DNA of 64,000 nucleotides from Nostoc sp. DedSLP01 (lineage in GTDB: Bacteria; Cyanobacteriota; Cyanobacteriia; Cyanobacteriales; Nostocaceae): positions 32,001 to 96,000 of the forward strand of contig JAVRCJ020000004.1 of NCBI GenBank assembly GCA_034530875.2, in the 5' to 3' direction. The translations under genes and the position numbers were made by a program. Shown here in pieces: positions 21,400-30,905 of the stretch. The notes under the pieces are model-generated. The model did no database searches. It saw only the letters and a list, made by a program, of their open reading frames with translations, and was not told the DNA's origin. Numbering within the stretch: the stretch's first letter is position 1; each line of letters opens with the position of its first letter.

Positions 21400-22188
21400 T
21401 TAAGCTCCCATCCCAGAATACCGCTTTAAACCAATACGCCAAAGCAAGCGATTCGCACCTAAAAATATTAATATCCAACCCATCATTAAGAAAAATCCTT
21501 GCCATAAATCTACAGGTAACCCTACCAAAATACTTGCAGGAAAATTAACCAAATAGGGAAAAGGCGTAAACATAAGTATTTTCTGCACAGATTCTGGAAA
21601 AACCTCTAAGGGTGCTATCAAACCAGATAAAAATAGATAAAATAACAACCAAAAATTTTCTAAAGCAGTAGCCCGTTCTGTCCAAAAGGCAAACATAGCA
21701 AAGGTGTACTGAATTGTAAACCGTAAAATAAAAGCTAGCACTGCCGCCAATATAAACACCAAAAATTGGCTTAAACTTGGTATCCAAAAAGCTTGAGGAT
21801 AAAGAATAAAAAATAATCCGATTAATAAAAAAGCGAAGCTTAAGCGGGCAAATCTTTCCGCAATATGCCCTGCAAGATGATGCCATACTGGATCGAGTGG
21901 TTGTAGTAACTTGGGCGAAAGTTTGCCTTGTACCACCTCTCTTTCAAAGTCCCAAATTACCCAAACAACGGTAATTTGCCTAACAATAAAAACTGTAATG
22001 AAGTAACGCGCAAAATCTACAGGTGATAGCCCAAACTGTCCACCTTGAGACGCTTGTATCCATACACCCATGAGGATAATCGGCAAAGTGCCAGCTAAAA
22101 CCCATAAAATTAGTTCTGCTCGATACTCAAGCATATAGGCATAGTATACTGAGAGGAAGATTAAGGCTTTTCTAATTATTTTTTTCAT
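21400..22188 (-). CDS. ABC-2 type transporter permease
   Basis: About six TM segments, LSPKLLQP, LSGLIAPLEVFP, YSGMGA end; follows the ABC ATPase. Confidence 0.85.
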   Translation of the reverse strand: MKKIIRKALIFLSVYYAYMLEYRAELILWVLAGTLPIILMGVWIQASQGGQFGLSPVDFARYFITVFIVRQITVVWVIWDFEREVVQGKLSPKLLQPLDPVWHHLAGHIAERFARLSFAFLLIGLFFILYPQAFWIPSLSQFLVFILAAVLAFILRFTIQYTFAMFAFWTERATALENFWLLFYLFLSGLIAPLEVFPESVQKILMFTPFPYLVNFPASILVGLPVDLWQGFFLMMGWILIFLGANRLLWRIGLKRYSGMGA

Positions 22189-22246
22189 TATCTATTCACT
22201 TACCACAACAAAATTTAACCAGAATTCGGCAGTCAGAATTCAGCAC

Positions 22247-23233
22247 TTAAGAGTTAACAATCCCTTCCTGAAAAACTCGCCCAATCACTTCTTCCACTGG
22301 TGGTTCGGTTACTGTTAGATCGATTACCTCTAAATCCGCCAAAATTTTAGATACAGTACTGGTAAGAGTTTCTCGTGGTACTAAAAAACGCACTGTTCGC
22401 CCTTCTAAGAGTTGCACATCACCATAGGTTATGAGTTTTTCTTTGGCTAGAGGTTGGGCTAATTCGATATCAACTTCGCGGTAAGGAGCAAAACGTTCTA
22501 ATAACCCATCTAAGCTACCGTCATACATTAACGTTCCTTGGTGAATTAACAGCACCCGTTGACACAAAGCTGTGATGTCAGCCATGTAATGACTGGTTAA
22601 CAGTACTGTAGCTTGATAACGTTGATTGTACTCACGCAAAAAATCGCGGACTGCCGCTTGAGCATTGACATCCAGTCCCAGCGTTGGTTCATCTAGAAAC
22701 AATACGTGGGGACGGTGCAAAAGTGCTGCCAATAGTTCTGCCTTCATGCGCTCGCCCAAAGACAATTTCCGCACTGGTTGGGTAAGTTTGCCTTCCAAGG
22801 AAAGCATTTCTGTTAATTCTCCCACCCGCCGTTGAAAATCTTTGTCTGAGATATTGTAAACAGCAGCATTAATTCTTAAAGAATCCAGCGCTGGTAAGTC
22901 CCAAATTAACTGCTGCTTTTGCCCCATTACCAAGGTAATTTTTTGCAAAAATGCTTCTTGGCGGCGAAAGGGAACTTGTCCAGCTACTCTAACAGTACCG
23001 CTGGAAGGATGAATCAGCCCTGTGAGCATTTTGAGTGTGGTGGTTTTACCTGCACCATTTGGTCCCAAAAACCCCACTACTTCACCAGGAGTAATTTCAA
23101 AAGAAACATCCTGAACTGCTTTAATTGTGCGGTAGGTACGGCGGAAAAAATGGTTGATTGTACCTTGAATACCCGGATTTTTTACCGCCACTGGATAAGA
23201 TTTACTTAGTTTTTCAACTATGATAATTGACAT
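22247..23233 (-). CDS. ABC transporter ATP-binding protein
   Basis: GPNGAGKTT, LSLGERMK, LFLDEPT, TSH. Confidence 0.95.
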   Translation of the reverse strand: MSIIIVEKLSKSYPVAVKNPGIQGTINHFFRRTYRTIKAVQDVSFEITPGEVVGFLGPNGAGKTTTLKMLTGLIHPSSGTVRVAGQVPFRRQEAFLQKITLVMGQKQQLIWDLPALDSLRINAAVYNISDKDFQRRVGELTEMLSLEGKLTQPVRKLSLGERMKAELLAALLHRPHVLFLDEPTLGLDVNAQAAVRDFLREYNQRYQATVLLTSHYMADITALCQRVLLIHQGTLMYDGSLDGLLERFAPYREVDIELAQPLAKEKLITYGDVQLLEGRTVRFLVPRETLTSTVSKILADLEVIDLTVTEPPVEEVIGRVFQEGIVNS

Positions 23234-23605
23234 AATTTTTAATCTTAGAACTAGAGATAAGCAATTACAGCATTTTTTGGGTATTTAGACCACTAATTTA
23301 AGCAGGAGATAGGGAGTAGGCATTCGCGATGGAAAATTTTTCATCACCATGTATGTAAGTAGTTATTATCTCTTCCCTGTTAAGAATTCCCTACTTACTT
23401 GTAAGTAGGGAACGGTGTAGTTCAATTAGTTAAAATACCCTGTAAAAATTCAAAATCAAAAAAGTCTTTTGTTATCAAGCTATTAGCTATCCATCGTTTG
23501 CAATTTAAATGCAGATTAGTTCAAAGACAGATGAACACAGTTCGGCTATCTGCGTTCATCTGTAGTTCAGAGTATTTAAACGCGGATTTAGTCATCAGTT
23601 AGCAT

Positions 23606-23706
23606 ATAGAAATCCGATTTGATTTGGAGGATCGCTCGTAAGTGAGGGAACTCTTAACAGGCAAAAAAGTCTATCTAGCTTCGCAAAAATCAAGTAGGAG
23701 TCTATA
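23606..23706. mobile_element. Short MITE-like element
   Basis: Imperfect IRs TATAGAAATCCGATTTGATTT / AAATCAAGTAGGAGTCTATA. Confidence 0.4.
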
Positions 23707-23737
23707 TTGGTAATTATCCAGCCAAAAGGCATAGATA

Positions 23738-25384
23738 TTACCGTAAACGCCCCGATCGCAGCGTACTAATAATTAGCCACAAACCCAATAAACTAGCGGC
23801 TGCAAACAAAACGCTGCTTAAAAAAGATAGCTGCGCTGTCTGCGCTCTGGTGCTAATAATTGCTGCTCCCATAATTAGCGAACCCACCAAAATGCTAAAA
23901 GACAATCGGTTAGCAGCGTCGTCCATAGTCCGCCGCACGCCGTCTAAGCCTCTGAGCGATAAATTCCACTGTAGGGTTTCGGAGGTTACTCGGTCTAACA
24001 ATAGTTCAATTTGCCGGGGAGATTGCAGGGACAGACTTTTTAGATCTAACGCTGTTCTTAAGAGCGATCGCACTGGATTATCGCCTAATAACTGGCGGCG
24101 AAACAAGTCTGTGATTAATGGCTTGACTTCATCAAAAAAATTCAAATCTGGATTGAATGTCCGGGCTACACCCTCTAAATTCGCTAGGGTTTTGGCATAC
24201 AATCCCATATTGCTCGGTAACCGAATTTTATTGTTGCGGGCAACTTGCAAAACTTCATAAATGATTTGGCTGAAGTTGATTTCCGTCAAGCTGACATTGT
24301 GATATTTTCGCAACATGCGATCGTAATCATTTTCTAAGCGCGACAAAATTACTGGCTGAGCAGAATCAGAAAGCTGCAAAGTCAGCTGAGCGCACCGCTG
24401 AGCGTCTAAATCCACGATCGCTAACAACATCTCTGTTAATATCTGCTGTGTGCGGGGATCGAGTCTTCCCACCATCCCACAGTCTAAAAGCGCAACGCGC
24501 CCATCTTTGAGATAAAACAAGTTTCCTGGATGGGGATCGGCATGAAAAAAGCCATCTATATATAGTTGCTGAAAAAATACCCGAAATAACAAAGTAGTTA
24601 TTTCTTTACGTTTTGTCCCAGCGTCTTTACCGTTGTTGATGCTGTCTAAATCCGCCGACAAAAACGGCACTCCATCCAACCATTCCATTACTAGTAATTT
24701 TTCTGTGGTCAAATCCCAGTAAATTTCTGCAACCACTATTTCTTTGGGATCGTACCAACGAGTGTTAGATAAATTGCGGCGCAATTGGTCTGTAAAACTC
24801 GCCTCGCGGGTAAAATCTAATTCGGCTTCTAGAGCTTTGGTAAATTCTTCAGCAATGGATTTAATTTCATAAGTTTGCCCAAAATCAGTACGCGCCACTA
24901 AATCGGCAATACCTTGAATTAAGGCAATATCTTGGGCAATAGTCAGATCGATTCCGGGACGCTGTACTTTCAAGGCGACTTCTCGACCATCAACTAATGT
25001 CGCTCGATGCGTCTGAGCAATCGATCCTGCCGCCACTGGAACGGGATTGATTGTACTGAAAGTTTCTGCCAGAGGGCGTTTTAACTCTTTGCGGATCGCT
25101 AATTCTATCTGCGACCACGGAACTGGCGGTACCTCGTCTTGCAGGGTTGACAGTTCTTCTATGTAGGCGGCGCTCAGTAAATCTGGACGAGTAGAGAGTA
25201 GCTGACCGAGTTTGACATAGACCGGACCTAAATCTACCAAAATATTTTTTAAAACCGCAGGCGTAGGTAGCTGGGGTTCATCAGCTTTGCCACCAGTTAG
25301 TAACCTTCGCATATAGTCCCAGCCATTGCGAAGGAAAACTTCAATGATTTCTCGTTGCCGGGGAACGGTTTGGGTTAGGAACAT
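23738..25384 (-). CDS. ABC1/UbiB (AarF) family atypical kinase
   Basis: LGPVYVKLGQLLSTRPD, AAGSIAQTH, VALKVQRP, HADPHPGN, LLDCGMVG; start placed at MFLTQ. Confidence 0.93.
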   Translation of the reverse strand: MFLTQTVPRQREIIEVFLRNGWDYMRRLLTGGKADEPQLPTPAVLKNILVDLGPVYVKLGQLLSTRPDLLSAAYIEELSTLQDEVPPVPWSQIELAIRKELKRPLAETFSTINPVPVAAGSIAQTHRATLVDGREVALKVQRPGIDLTIAQDIALIQGIADLVARTDFGQTYEIKSIAEEFTKALEAELDFTREASFTDQLRRNLSNTRWYDPKEIVVAEIYWDLTTEKLLVMEWLDGVPFLSADLDSINNGKDAGTKRKEITTLLFRVFFQQLYIDGFFHADPHPGNLFYLKDGRVALLDCGMVGRLDPRTQQILTEMLLAIVDLDAQRCAQLTLQLSDSAQPVILSRLENDYDRMLRKYHNVSLTEINFSQIIYEVLQVARNNKIRLPSNMGLYAKTLANLEGVARTFNPDLNFFDEVKPLITDLFRRQLLGDNPVRSLLRTALDLKSLSLQSPRQIELLLDRVTSETLQWNLSLRGLDGVRRTMDDAANRLSFSILVGSLIMGAAIISTRAQTAQLSFLSSVLFAAASLLGLWLIISTLRSGRLR

Positions 25385-25590
25385 TTTGGGATGTGGGGGG
25401 CAGGGGGCAGGGGGAGCAGGGGGGGCAGGGGAGGCAGGGGAGTGTGGGGGGAAAGATTGCTTCCCAATCCTCCCACACCTCCCACATCTCCCACACTTCC
25501 TCGCTTGCCCAATACCTAATGCTCCCTTTTTGGACATTCAAGTTATAATGGAAAAATAGGCTTTTTAGCTTCTGCCAAGGGTTTTAACTT

Positions 25591-26757
25591 TTATAGCAGG
25601 TTAGTAAATCGGGAATCACTCTGAAGAATTTTCAGTATCTGCTTAATTTCCTGGGTACGTTCTTTTTTAACAACGAGGGTAACATTGCGATCGCGCACAA
25701 TGACTACATCCTCTAAACCAATAGTAACAACTACATCTTCGGGATTTGCAGCATAAACGATCGCCCCCTGTGTATCTAGTCCTACGTGAGTAGCAAGCTC
25801 TACATTGGGATTGTCTTCTGTTTTCAGTAAGCGTTCGATCGCATTCCAATCTCCGAGATCGTCCCAACCAAAGTCAACAGGCAAAACGTATGCTAGACTT
25901 GTCTTTTCCATGAGTGCATAGTCTATACTCTTCTTAGGTAACTGGGGATAGACATTAGGTCCCTGTTGTTCTAAAGGTTCAATAATTTCTGGAGCATGGG
26001 TGTGTAGTTCCTTGAGAACAACCCCAGCCCGAAAGATGAACATGCCACTATTCCAGCTAAAACGTCCCGTAGATAAAAAAGTTTCTGCTATTTCACGGTT
26101 GGGCTTTTCAGTAAAGCGGTTGACGTGATAAGCTGGCAGCTCGTTAAAGCTACCTATTTTTTCACCTTGTTCAATGTAACCGTAACCGGTTGATGGAAAA
26201 GTAGGCTTGATCCCCAATGTAACGATCGCTGCTGTGTTTGTCGCCAGTTGCGTGGCCGCGCTTAATGTGTCCTCAAACGCTTTTTGGTCGGCAATCCAGT
26301 GGTCAGCAGGGAAAAAGCCAATCACAGCGTCTTCACCATAACGCTGTTTGATTTCTAAACTTGCCCAAGCAACGGCTGCGGCTGTATCCCTTCCTTCTGA
26401 CTCAATTAGTAAGTTATTGGATGGTAGATTGGGTAATTGCTGCTTTACCCCTTCAGCTATCTGGCTAGAAGTGATTACCCACAAGGAATCCCAACCCGTT
26501 CGGGTTCGCCAGTCGCCTGCTGAGGAGCCAGCGCGGTCTTGGGGGTCTCCCCCATGAGCGACTGGCGTTGGAAACCCTCCCGCAGCGCTGGACTCACCGC
26601 CTGCTAGTGTTAACAAGCGATCGGCGGTTGCTTGTAATAAGCTTCTAGAGCTACCATCAAGGCTTAAAAATTGTTTGGGTCGGTCTCGTCGGCTTAAAGG
26701 CCAGAAACGTTCGCCCTTACCACCAGCAAGGATTACAGGGAACAATAAAGTATTCAT
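25591..26757 (-). CDS. manC: Mannose-1-phosphate guanylyltransferase, with a 34-aa in-frame repeat insertion
   Basis: ILAGGKGERFWPLSR, PKQF, PADH, TGYGYI, FTEKP, WNSGMF, SIDYA, GWDDLG. Confidence 0.9.
   Translation of the reverse strand: MNTLLFPVILAGGKGERFWPLSRRDRPKQFLSLDGSSRSLLQATADRLLTLAGGESSAAGGFPTPVAHGGDPQDRAGSSAGDWRTRTGWDSLWVITSSQIAEGVKQQLPNLPSNNLLIESEGRDTAAAVAWASLEIKQRYGEDAVIGFFPADHWIADQKAFEDTLSAATQLATNTAAIVTLGIKPTFPSTGYGYIEQGEKIGSFNELPAYHVNRFTEKPNREIAETFLSTGRFSWNSGMFIFRAGVVLKELHTHAPEIIEPLEQQGPNVYPQLPKKSIDYALMEKTSLAYVLPVDFGWDDLGDWNAIERLLKTEDNPNVELATHVGLDTQGAIVYAANPEDVVVTIGLEDVVIVRDRNVTLVVKKERTQEIKQILKILQSDSRFTNLL
26494..26595. mobile_element. 102-nt nested hairpin-element insertion in manC
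   Basis: GC-rich insert between LAGG and WDSLW with ACC at both junctions; contains an inverted inner 45-nt element at 26525-26569. Confidence 0.75.
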
Positions 26758-26873
26758 GTTGTCATACAGGTCTACTGAAGAACATTACAAGTTTACAGTG
26801 AGCTTTTCCACTGGCAATATTTGTAGCTTGCATTAACATAACTTTTAGGGAGTGGTTCAGTGGGGAGATAATC

Positions 26874-28388
26874 GTGATAAAACAAGTCGAATGGTCGGAA
26901 AATCAGGTCACATCTCAACAAGTAGCATTGGAAAATGAAGTGCGATCGCCGCAACTTCAACATTCAGAAAATCAAGAAACATTTACGCCAGTAGCAGACC
27001 CCCAAGAGGAGGTAGAGCTAAACCAACCAGCCAATACCAATCGTAGCGTCGTCGAATCTGTAGGTACAATTCCCGATCAGTTTTTTGAGAGGCTGGGCTT
27101 AACCATGCCTCGATGGCTGTTTTGGATGATGACGGTTGTTATCGGCATTACTTTATCTGGATTGCTGGTTGCAACGTTAGCGCTGTGGACTCCGTTATGG
27201 AGCAATCTAGATCGAACAGATGACGATTTAGGAACTGCTAACAAAGACGAGCAAAAAGTCCCATTACCTGGTGAGTTATGGAGCAAACTCTCCCAGTACA
27301 AGCTTTCACGACCCATGAATATCTTAATTATGGGGATTGAACCAGTCAGCGGTACTGTGGATGGTTCGCCAGAAAGCTTTGCTGGTAAAAGCGACTCCAT
27401 GCTGCTAGTAAGGCTCAATCCTAGCGAAAAATCTGTACGGGTGCTTTCGATTCCTAGAGATACAATGATCGCCATCCCAGAAAAGGGAGAAAAGGGATTA
27501 ACTAAAGTATCTGATGCCAATGCCCAAGGCGGCCCAGTCTTGGCAGCACGGGTAGTTAGCCGCACCTTAAATAATGCTCCAATCGATCGCTATATTCGTA
27601 TTTCTACCAGCGGTTTACGCCAGTTAGTCGATCAATTAGGCGGTGTAGAAGTCTTTGTCCCCAAATCAATGGAATATAAAGACTCCAGCAGCCGACTGTC
27701 GATTAATTTAGTCAGTGGCTGGCAAACCCTCAACGGCGAACAAGCAGAACAGTTTGCTCGGTTCCGCGAACCAGGTTTGGGAGATCTGCCGAGAGTACAG
27801 CGTCAACAAGCACTCATAGCAGCACTGCTGCAACGCCTCAATAGTCCCACCCTCCTACCAAGGTTGCCTCAATTAACTCGCCTGATGCGAAAATATTTTG
27901 ACACCAACCTGAAAATGGAAGAAATGATGGCGTTGGTGAACTTCGGTCTGAATATAGATCGAGATAACTTCCAAATGACCGTTTTACCTGGGACGTTTAG
28001 CCGCTTTAGCAAAGACCCTGATAGCTATTGGCTGAACATGACCGGACAACAAAGCCTGTTGAATGATTATGTTGGGGTAAATGTACCTGGTCTCAAGCCA
28101 GATACACGGCGGGTTCCTAACCTCAAAATTGCTATTCAAAATGCCTCCAATCAACCTCAGCTAAGTGAAAAAGTTATTGCTTATCTTAAACAGAAAGGCT
28201 TTACTAATATTTACAAAGTGCCCGATTGGCCAGATACTCAACGTCAAACTCAGATTGTTGTCCAAAAAGGCAACCGCCGAGTTGGGACTGATTTGCAACA
28301 AATCTTAGGATTAGGTCAAATCGAGGTGGCGGCCATTGGTGATTTAGAATCCGATCTCACAATTCGCATTGGTAAAGATTGGAAATAG
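26874..28388 (+). CDS. LCP (LytR-CpsA-Psr) family protein with LytR C-terminal domain
   Basis: TM anchor, SDSMLL, LSIPRD, VDQLGGV, FARFR, GDLPRVQRQQ, DLTIRIGKDW. Confidence 0.92.
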   Translation: MIKQVEWSENQVTSQQVALENEVRSPQLQHSENQETFTPVADPQEEVELNQPANTNRSVVESVGTIPDQFFERLGLTMPRWLFWMMTVVIGITLSGLLVATLALWTPLWSNLDRTDDDLGTANKDEQKVPLPGELWSKLSQYKLSRPMNILIMGIEPVSGTVDGSPESFAGKSDSMLLVRLNPSEKSVRVLSIPRDTMIAIPEKGEKGLTKVSDANAQGGPVLAARVVSRTLNNAPIDRYIRISTSGLRQLVDQLGGVEVFVPKSMEYKDSSSRLSINLVSGWQTLNGEQAEQFARFREPGLGDLPRVQRQQALIAALLQRLNSPTLLPRLPQLTRLMRKYFDTNLKMEEMMALVNFGLNIDRDNFQMTVLPGTFSRFSKDPDSYWLNMTGQQSLLNDYVGVNVPGLKPDTRRVPNLKIAIQNASNQPQLSEKVIAYLKQKGFTNIYKVPDWPDTQRQTQIVVQKGNRRVGTDLQQILGLGQIEVAAIGDLESDLTIRIGKDWK

Positions 28389-28642
28389 TCATTGGTCATT
28401 GTTAACTATCAAAGGACAGATGACAAACGGCAAAGTCTGAGCAGAGGAAACCTCCGTTCAGACTTTGTAATATAATGCCTGCCTAATTGCTTACCATGAC
28501 AGCCGTTTTCATCGTCTTGAACCACAATACAATCTTTTGTAGGGGCGTACAGTTAGCTGTACGTCCCTATTAATTAGGGTTTGCTGAAAATCTTTGCGTC
28601 CTCACCTCGCCCAAATAAGAAGCCTTTTACAAGGCATGATAT

Positions 28643-28756
28643 TAAGAGAGGACAAAGCGCAAAATCTGAGTGTCGGCTTCCGGCGAACAGACGGCAGTTC
28701 CTTTAAGCGGGGGAACCCCGCCAACGGACTGCCTCAACTTTGTAAGAGAGAACAAA
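28643..28756. repeat. Nested small hairpin elements bounded by 14-bp near-direct repeats
   Basis: TAAGAGAGGACAAA ... TAAGAGAGAACAAA flanks; inner 45-nt element at 28691-28735. Confidence 0.6.
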
Positions 28757-28767
28757 TAATTAAAGTT

Positions 28768-29274
28768 ATGAAAAAGATTTTATTCCGCTTTTGGGGTTTG
28801 ATAGCGATTTTGCTACTAGCATGTATGTGGATAATACTTAATCCCAAACCGGCTTTTGCTCAGCTAAATACAATCAACTATAACAATATAAATTTAGAAA
28901 ATCGTGACTTTTCCCATGCTGACTTAGCGGGTGTAACTTTTGTTTCAGCAGAAATGCGAGGGACAAATTTTCAAGGTACGAATTTAACCAACGCAATTAT
29001 GACTAAAGGAGTTTTATTAAAAGCAAATTTGGAAGGCGCGAACCTGACTGGCGCTTTAGTCGATCGCGCGACTATGGATGGTGCTAACCTGAAAAATGCC
29101 ATATTTACAGAAGCAACTTTAACCCGCAGCCGCTTTTATGATGCTGATGTCACTGGCGCTGATTTTAGCGATGCTTTAATTGACCGCTATCAAGTCTCGC
29201 TATTGTGTGAAAGAGCCGATGGTGTAAATCCAGTTACAGGTGTGTCAACGCGGGATAGTTTGGGCTGTAATTAA
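28768..29274 (+). CDS. Pentapeptide repeat protein (exported/lumenal)
   Basis: Signal peptide ending PAFA, A(D/N)LxG repeats, [20 protein letters not shown] end; start placed at MKKIL. Confidence 0.9.
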   Translation: MKKILFRFWGLIAILLLACMWIILNPKPAFAQLNTINYNNINLENRDFSHADLAGVTFVSAEMRGTNFQGTNLTNAIMTKGVLLKANLEGANLTGALVDRATMDGANLKNAIFTEATLTRSRFYDADVTGADFSDALIDRYQVSLLCERADGVNPVTGVSTRDSLGCN

Positions 29275-29276
29275 TG

Positions 29277-29363
29277 AAGGCAGGAGGCCGTTTTTGTAAC
29301 GAGGATTTATACGCCGTTCCAAAAACTTTGGACAAAGTACGGTTTTAGACCGGATTGTTTCGA
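29277..29363 (+). repeat. Dispersed repeat family B, copy 2
   Basis: Near-identical to the copies at 15962 and 33653. Confidence 0.8.
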
Positions 29364-29658
29364 TAAATAATTTCAGTTTTGAACTGCAAAATAGAAAATT
29401 TTGCCTCACAAATGGAAGATAAACCTACTTGATTAGGCTATAGATTTTTTTGTACTTGCTCAGAATTCATGAGCAAACACAAAATAAACTTAAAGCAACG
29501 TGAGTTCGACGGATAGAAAAGCCCAAAAAGCCCACTAGAGAGGAATTTGCTTAACTGGGCAGGTGAAGTGCGATCGCTACGATAGATGGAGAACGGATAA
29601 AAAAGTCACAAAAAAAGACCGAGACTAAGAATATCTAACAAAAATAAGGGTCTCGGCT

Positions 29659-30615
29659 ATGTCTACCATTGTATCGCGCCTCGACATCACACAAATTTTC
29701 TGCGATGTAGATGATTTCTGTCAGCAATGGGAAAACCTCTGGCAGCAAGTACCACAATTGCCATCGACAGCAGGAGAACAACGCAGCACTTCTCGGATGC
29801 ACTTATCAGAAGTCATGACCATAGTCATCGCATTTCATGGCAGTGGATATAAGACTTTCAAGGAATTCTATACTCTGCATGTGCTTGCAAGTTGGCGCGA
29901 AGCATTTCCGCATTTGGTCAGCTACACTCGGTTTGTAGAATTGATGCCTTGGTGCTTAATGCTATTATGTTGCTTTTTACATACACGCACAGGAGAAATG
30001 ACAGGGATCAGCTTTATCGATTCCACTCCGATAAATGTTTGTCATAACTGTCGGGCGCATTCTCACAAGGTATTTAAAGGATTAGTAAAATGGGGCAAAA
30101 ATTCTGTAGGCTGGCACTTTGGATTTAAACTGCATTTGATTATTAATGATTGTGGAGAATTACTCGCATTTTCACTAACTCCAGCCAATGTAGATGACCG
30201 AAAACCAGTCCCAGACATGACTAAAGACTTGATTGGTAACGCCAGTTGCTTCAAGTCGGCAGAGCCGCCCAACGCACTGGCTCAACTTTTTGGTGATAGA
30301 GGATACATCTCTCAAAAATTATTTGAACAGTTATATGAGCGAGGGTTGGAATTAATTACAAAATCTAAGAAGAAAATGAAAAATCGTTTGGTAAAACTAA
30401 TTGATAAAATTCTGTTACGCAAACGAGCAGTAATTGAGTCAGTCAATGACCACCTCAAAAATATATGTCAAATTGAACACTCTCGGCATCGTAGCCCATT
30501 TAACTTTTTAGTTAATTTGATGGCAGGGCTAACCGCTTATACATATTTACCCAAAAAACCATCTATTGACATTTACCCAAAAGACTTACCTACACTGCCT
30601 CCTGCTATTTTTTAG
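29659..30615 (+). CDS. IS982-family DDE transposase, with a 15-aa in-frame insertion
   Basis: FCDVDDF, LVSYTRF, FIDST, GWHFGFKLHL, LFGDRGY, KRAVIESV, EHSRHRS. Confidence 0.92.
   Translation: MSTIVSRLDITQIFCDVDDFCQQWENLWQQVPQLPSTAGEQRSTSRMHLSEVMTIVIAFHGSGYKTFKEFYTLHVLASWREAFPHLVSYTRFVELMPWCLMLLCCFLHTRTGEMTGISFIDSTPINVCHNCRAHSHKVFKGLVKWGKNSVGWHFGFKLHLIINDCGELLAFSLTPANVDDRKPVPDMTKDLIGNASCFKSAEPPNALAQLFGDRGYISQKLFEQLYERGLELITKSKKKMKNRLVKLIDKILLRKRAVIESVNDHLKNICQIEHSRHRSPFNFLVNLMAGLTAYTYLPKKPSIDIYPKDLPTLPPAIF
30239..30283 (+). mobile_element. 45-nt hairpin element inserted in the transposase
   Basis: Removing it restores GGT AAA CTT (G-K-L); 43/45 identical to 63634-63678. Confidence 0.85.
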
Positions 30616-30905
30616 TTCTGTCGAACTCACGTTAAAGTTTAAAGGAAAAATATAAAATTTGTAAGATTACCGTAATTTTATTTTCCAGTATTTTTTTATT
30701 TTGAGGTATTAATTATACTATTTATAATCCTCTATTCATCAAATAATCAAACATTAAAAATCAGAGGAAATACTGTTATCAAAAACTAACATTTTTTTCT
30801 CTATGGTGCTCAATTAGACTATAAATTTTATTTTGAATTTACAATTCTAAATATTGAAATAGAGACGTAGCACTGCTACGTCTCTACATTTTTTTCACCA
30901 GATGG

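Larger units (their letters stand above)
29498..30632 (+). mobile_element. IS982-family insertion sequence
   Basis: Terminal IRs ACGTGAGTTCGAC / GTCGAACTCACGT enclosing a transposase ORF (~1135 bp). Confidence 0.9.

Noticed and set aside
25385..25559. N-terminal extension of the ABC1 kinase (CGRCGRCGR, PPAPPAP) and overlapping small ORFs
   Set aside because: Read-through of low-complexity tandem repeats; the family-like sequence starts at MFLTQ
28594..28767. N-terminal extension of the pentapeptide protein
   Set aside because: Made of nested repeats; the signal peptide starts at 28768
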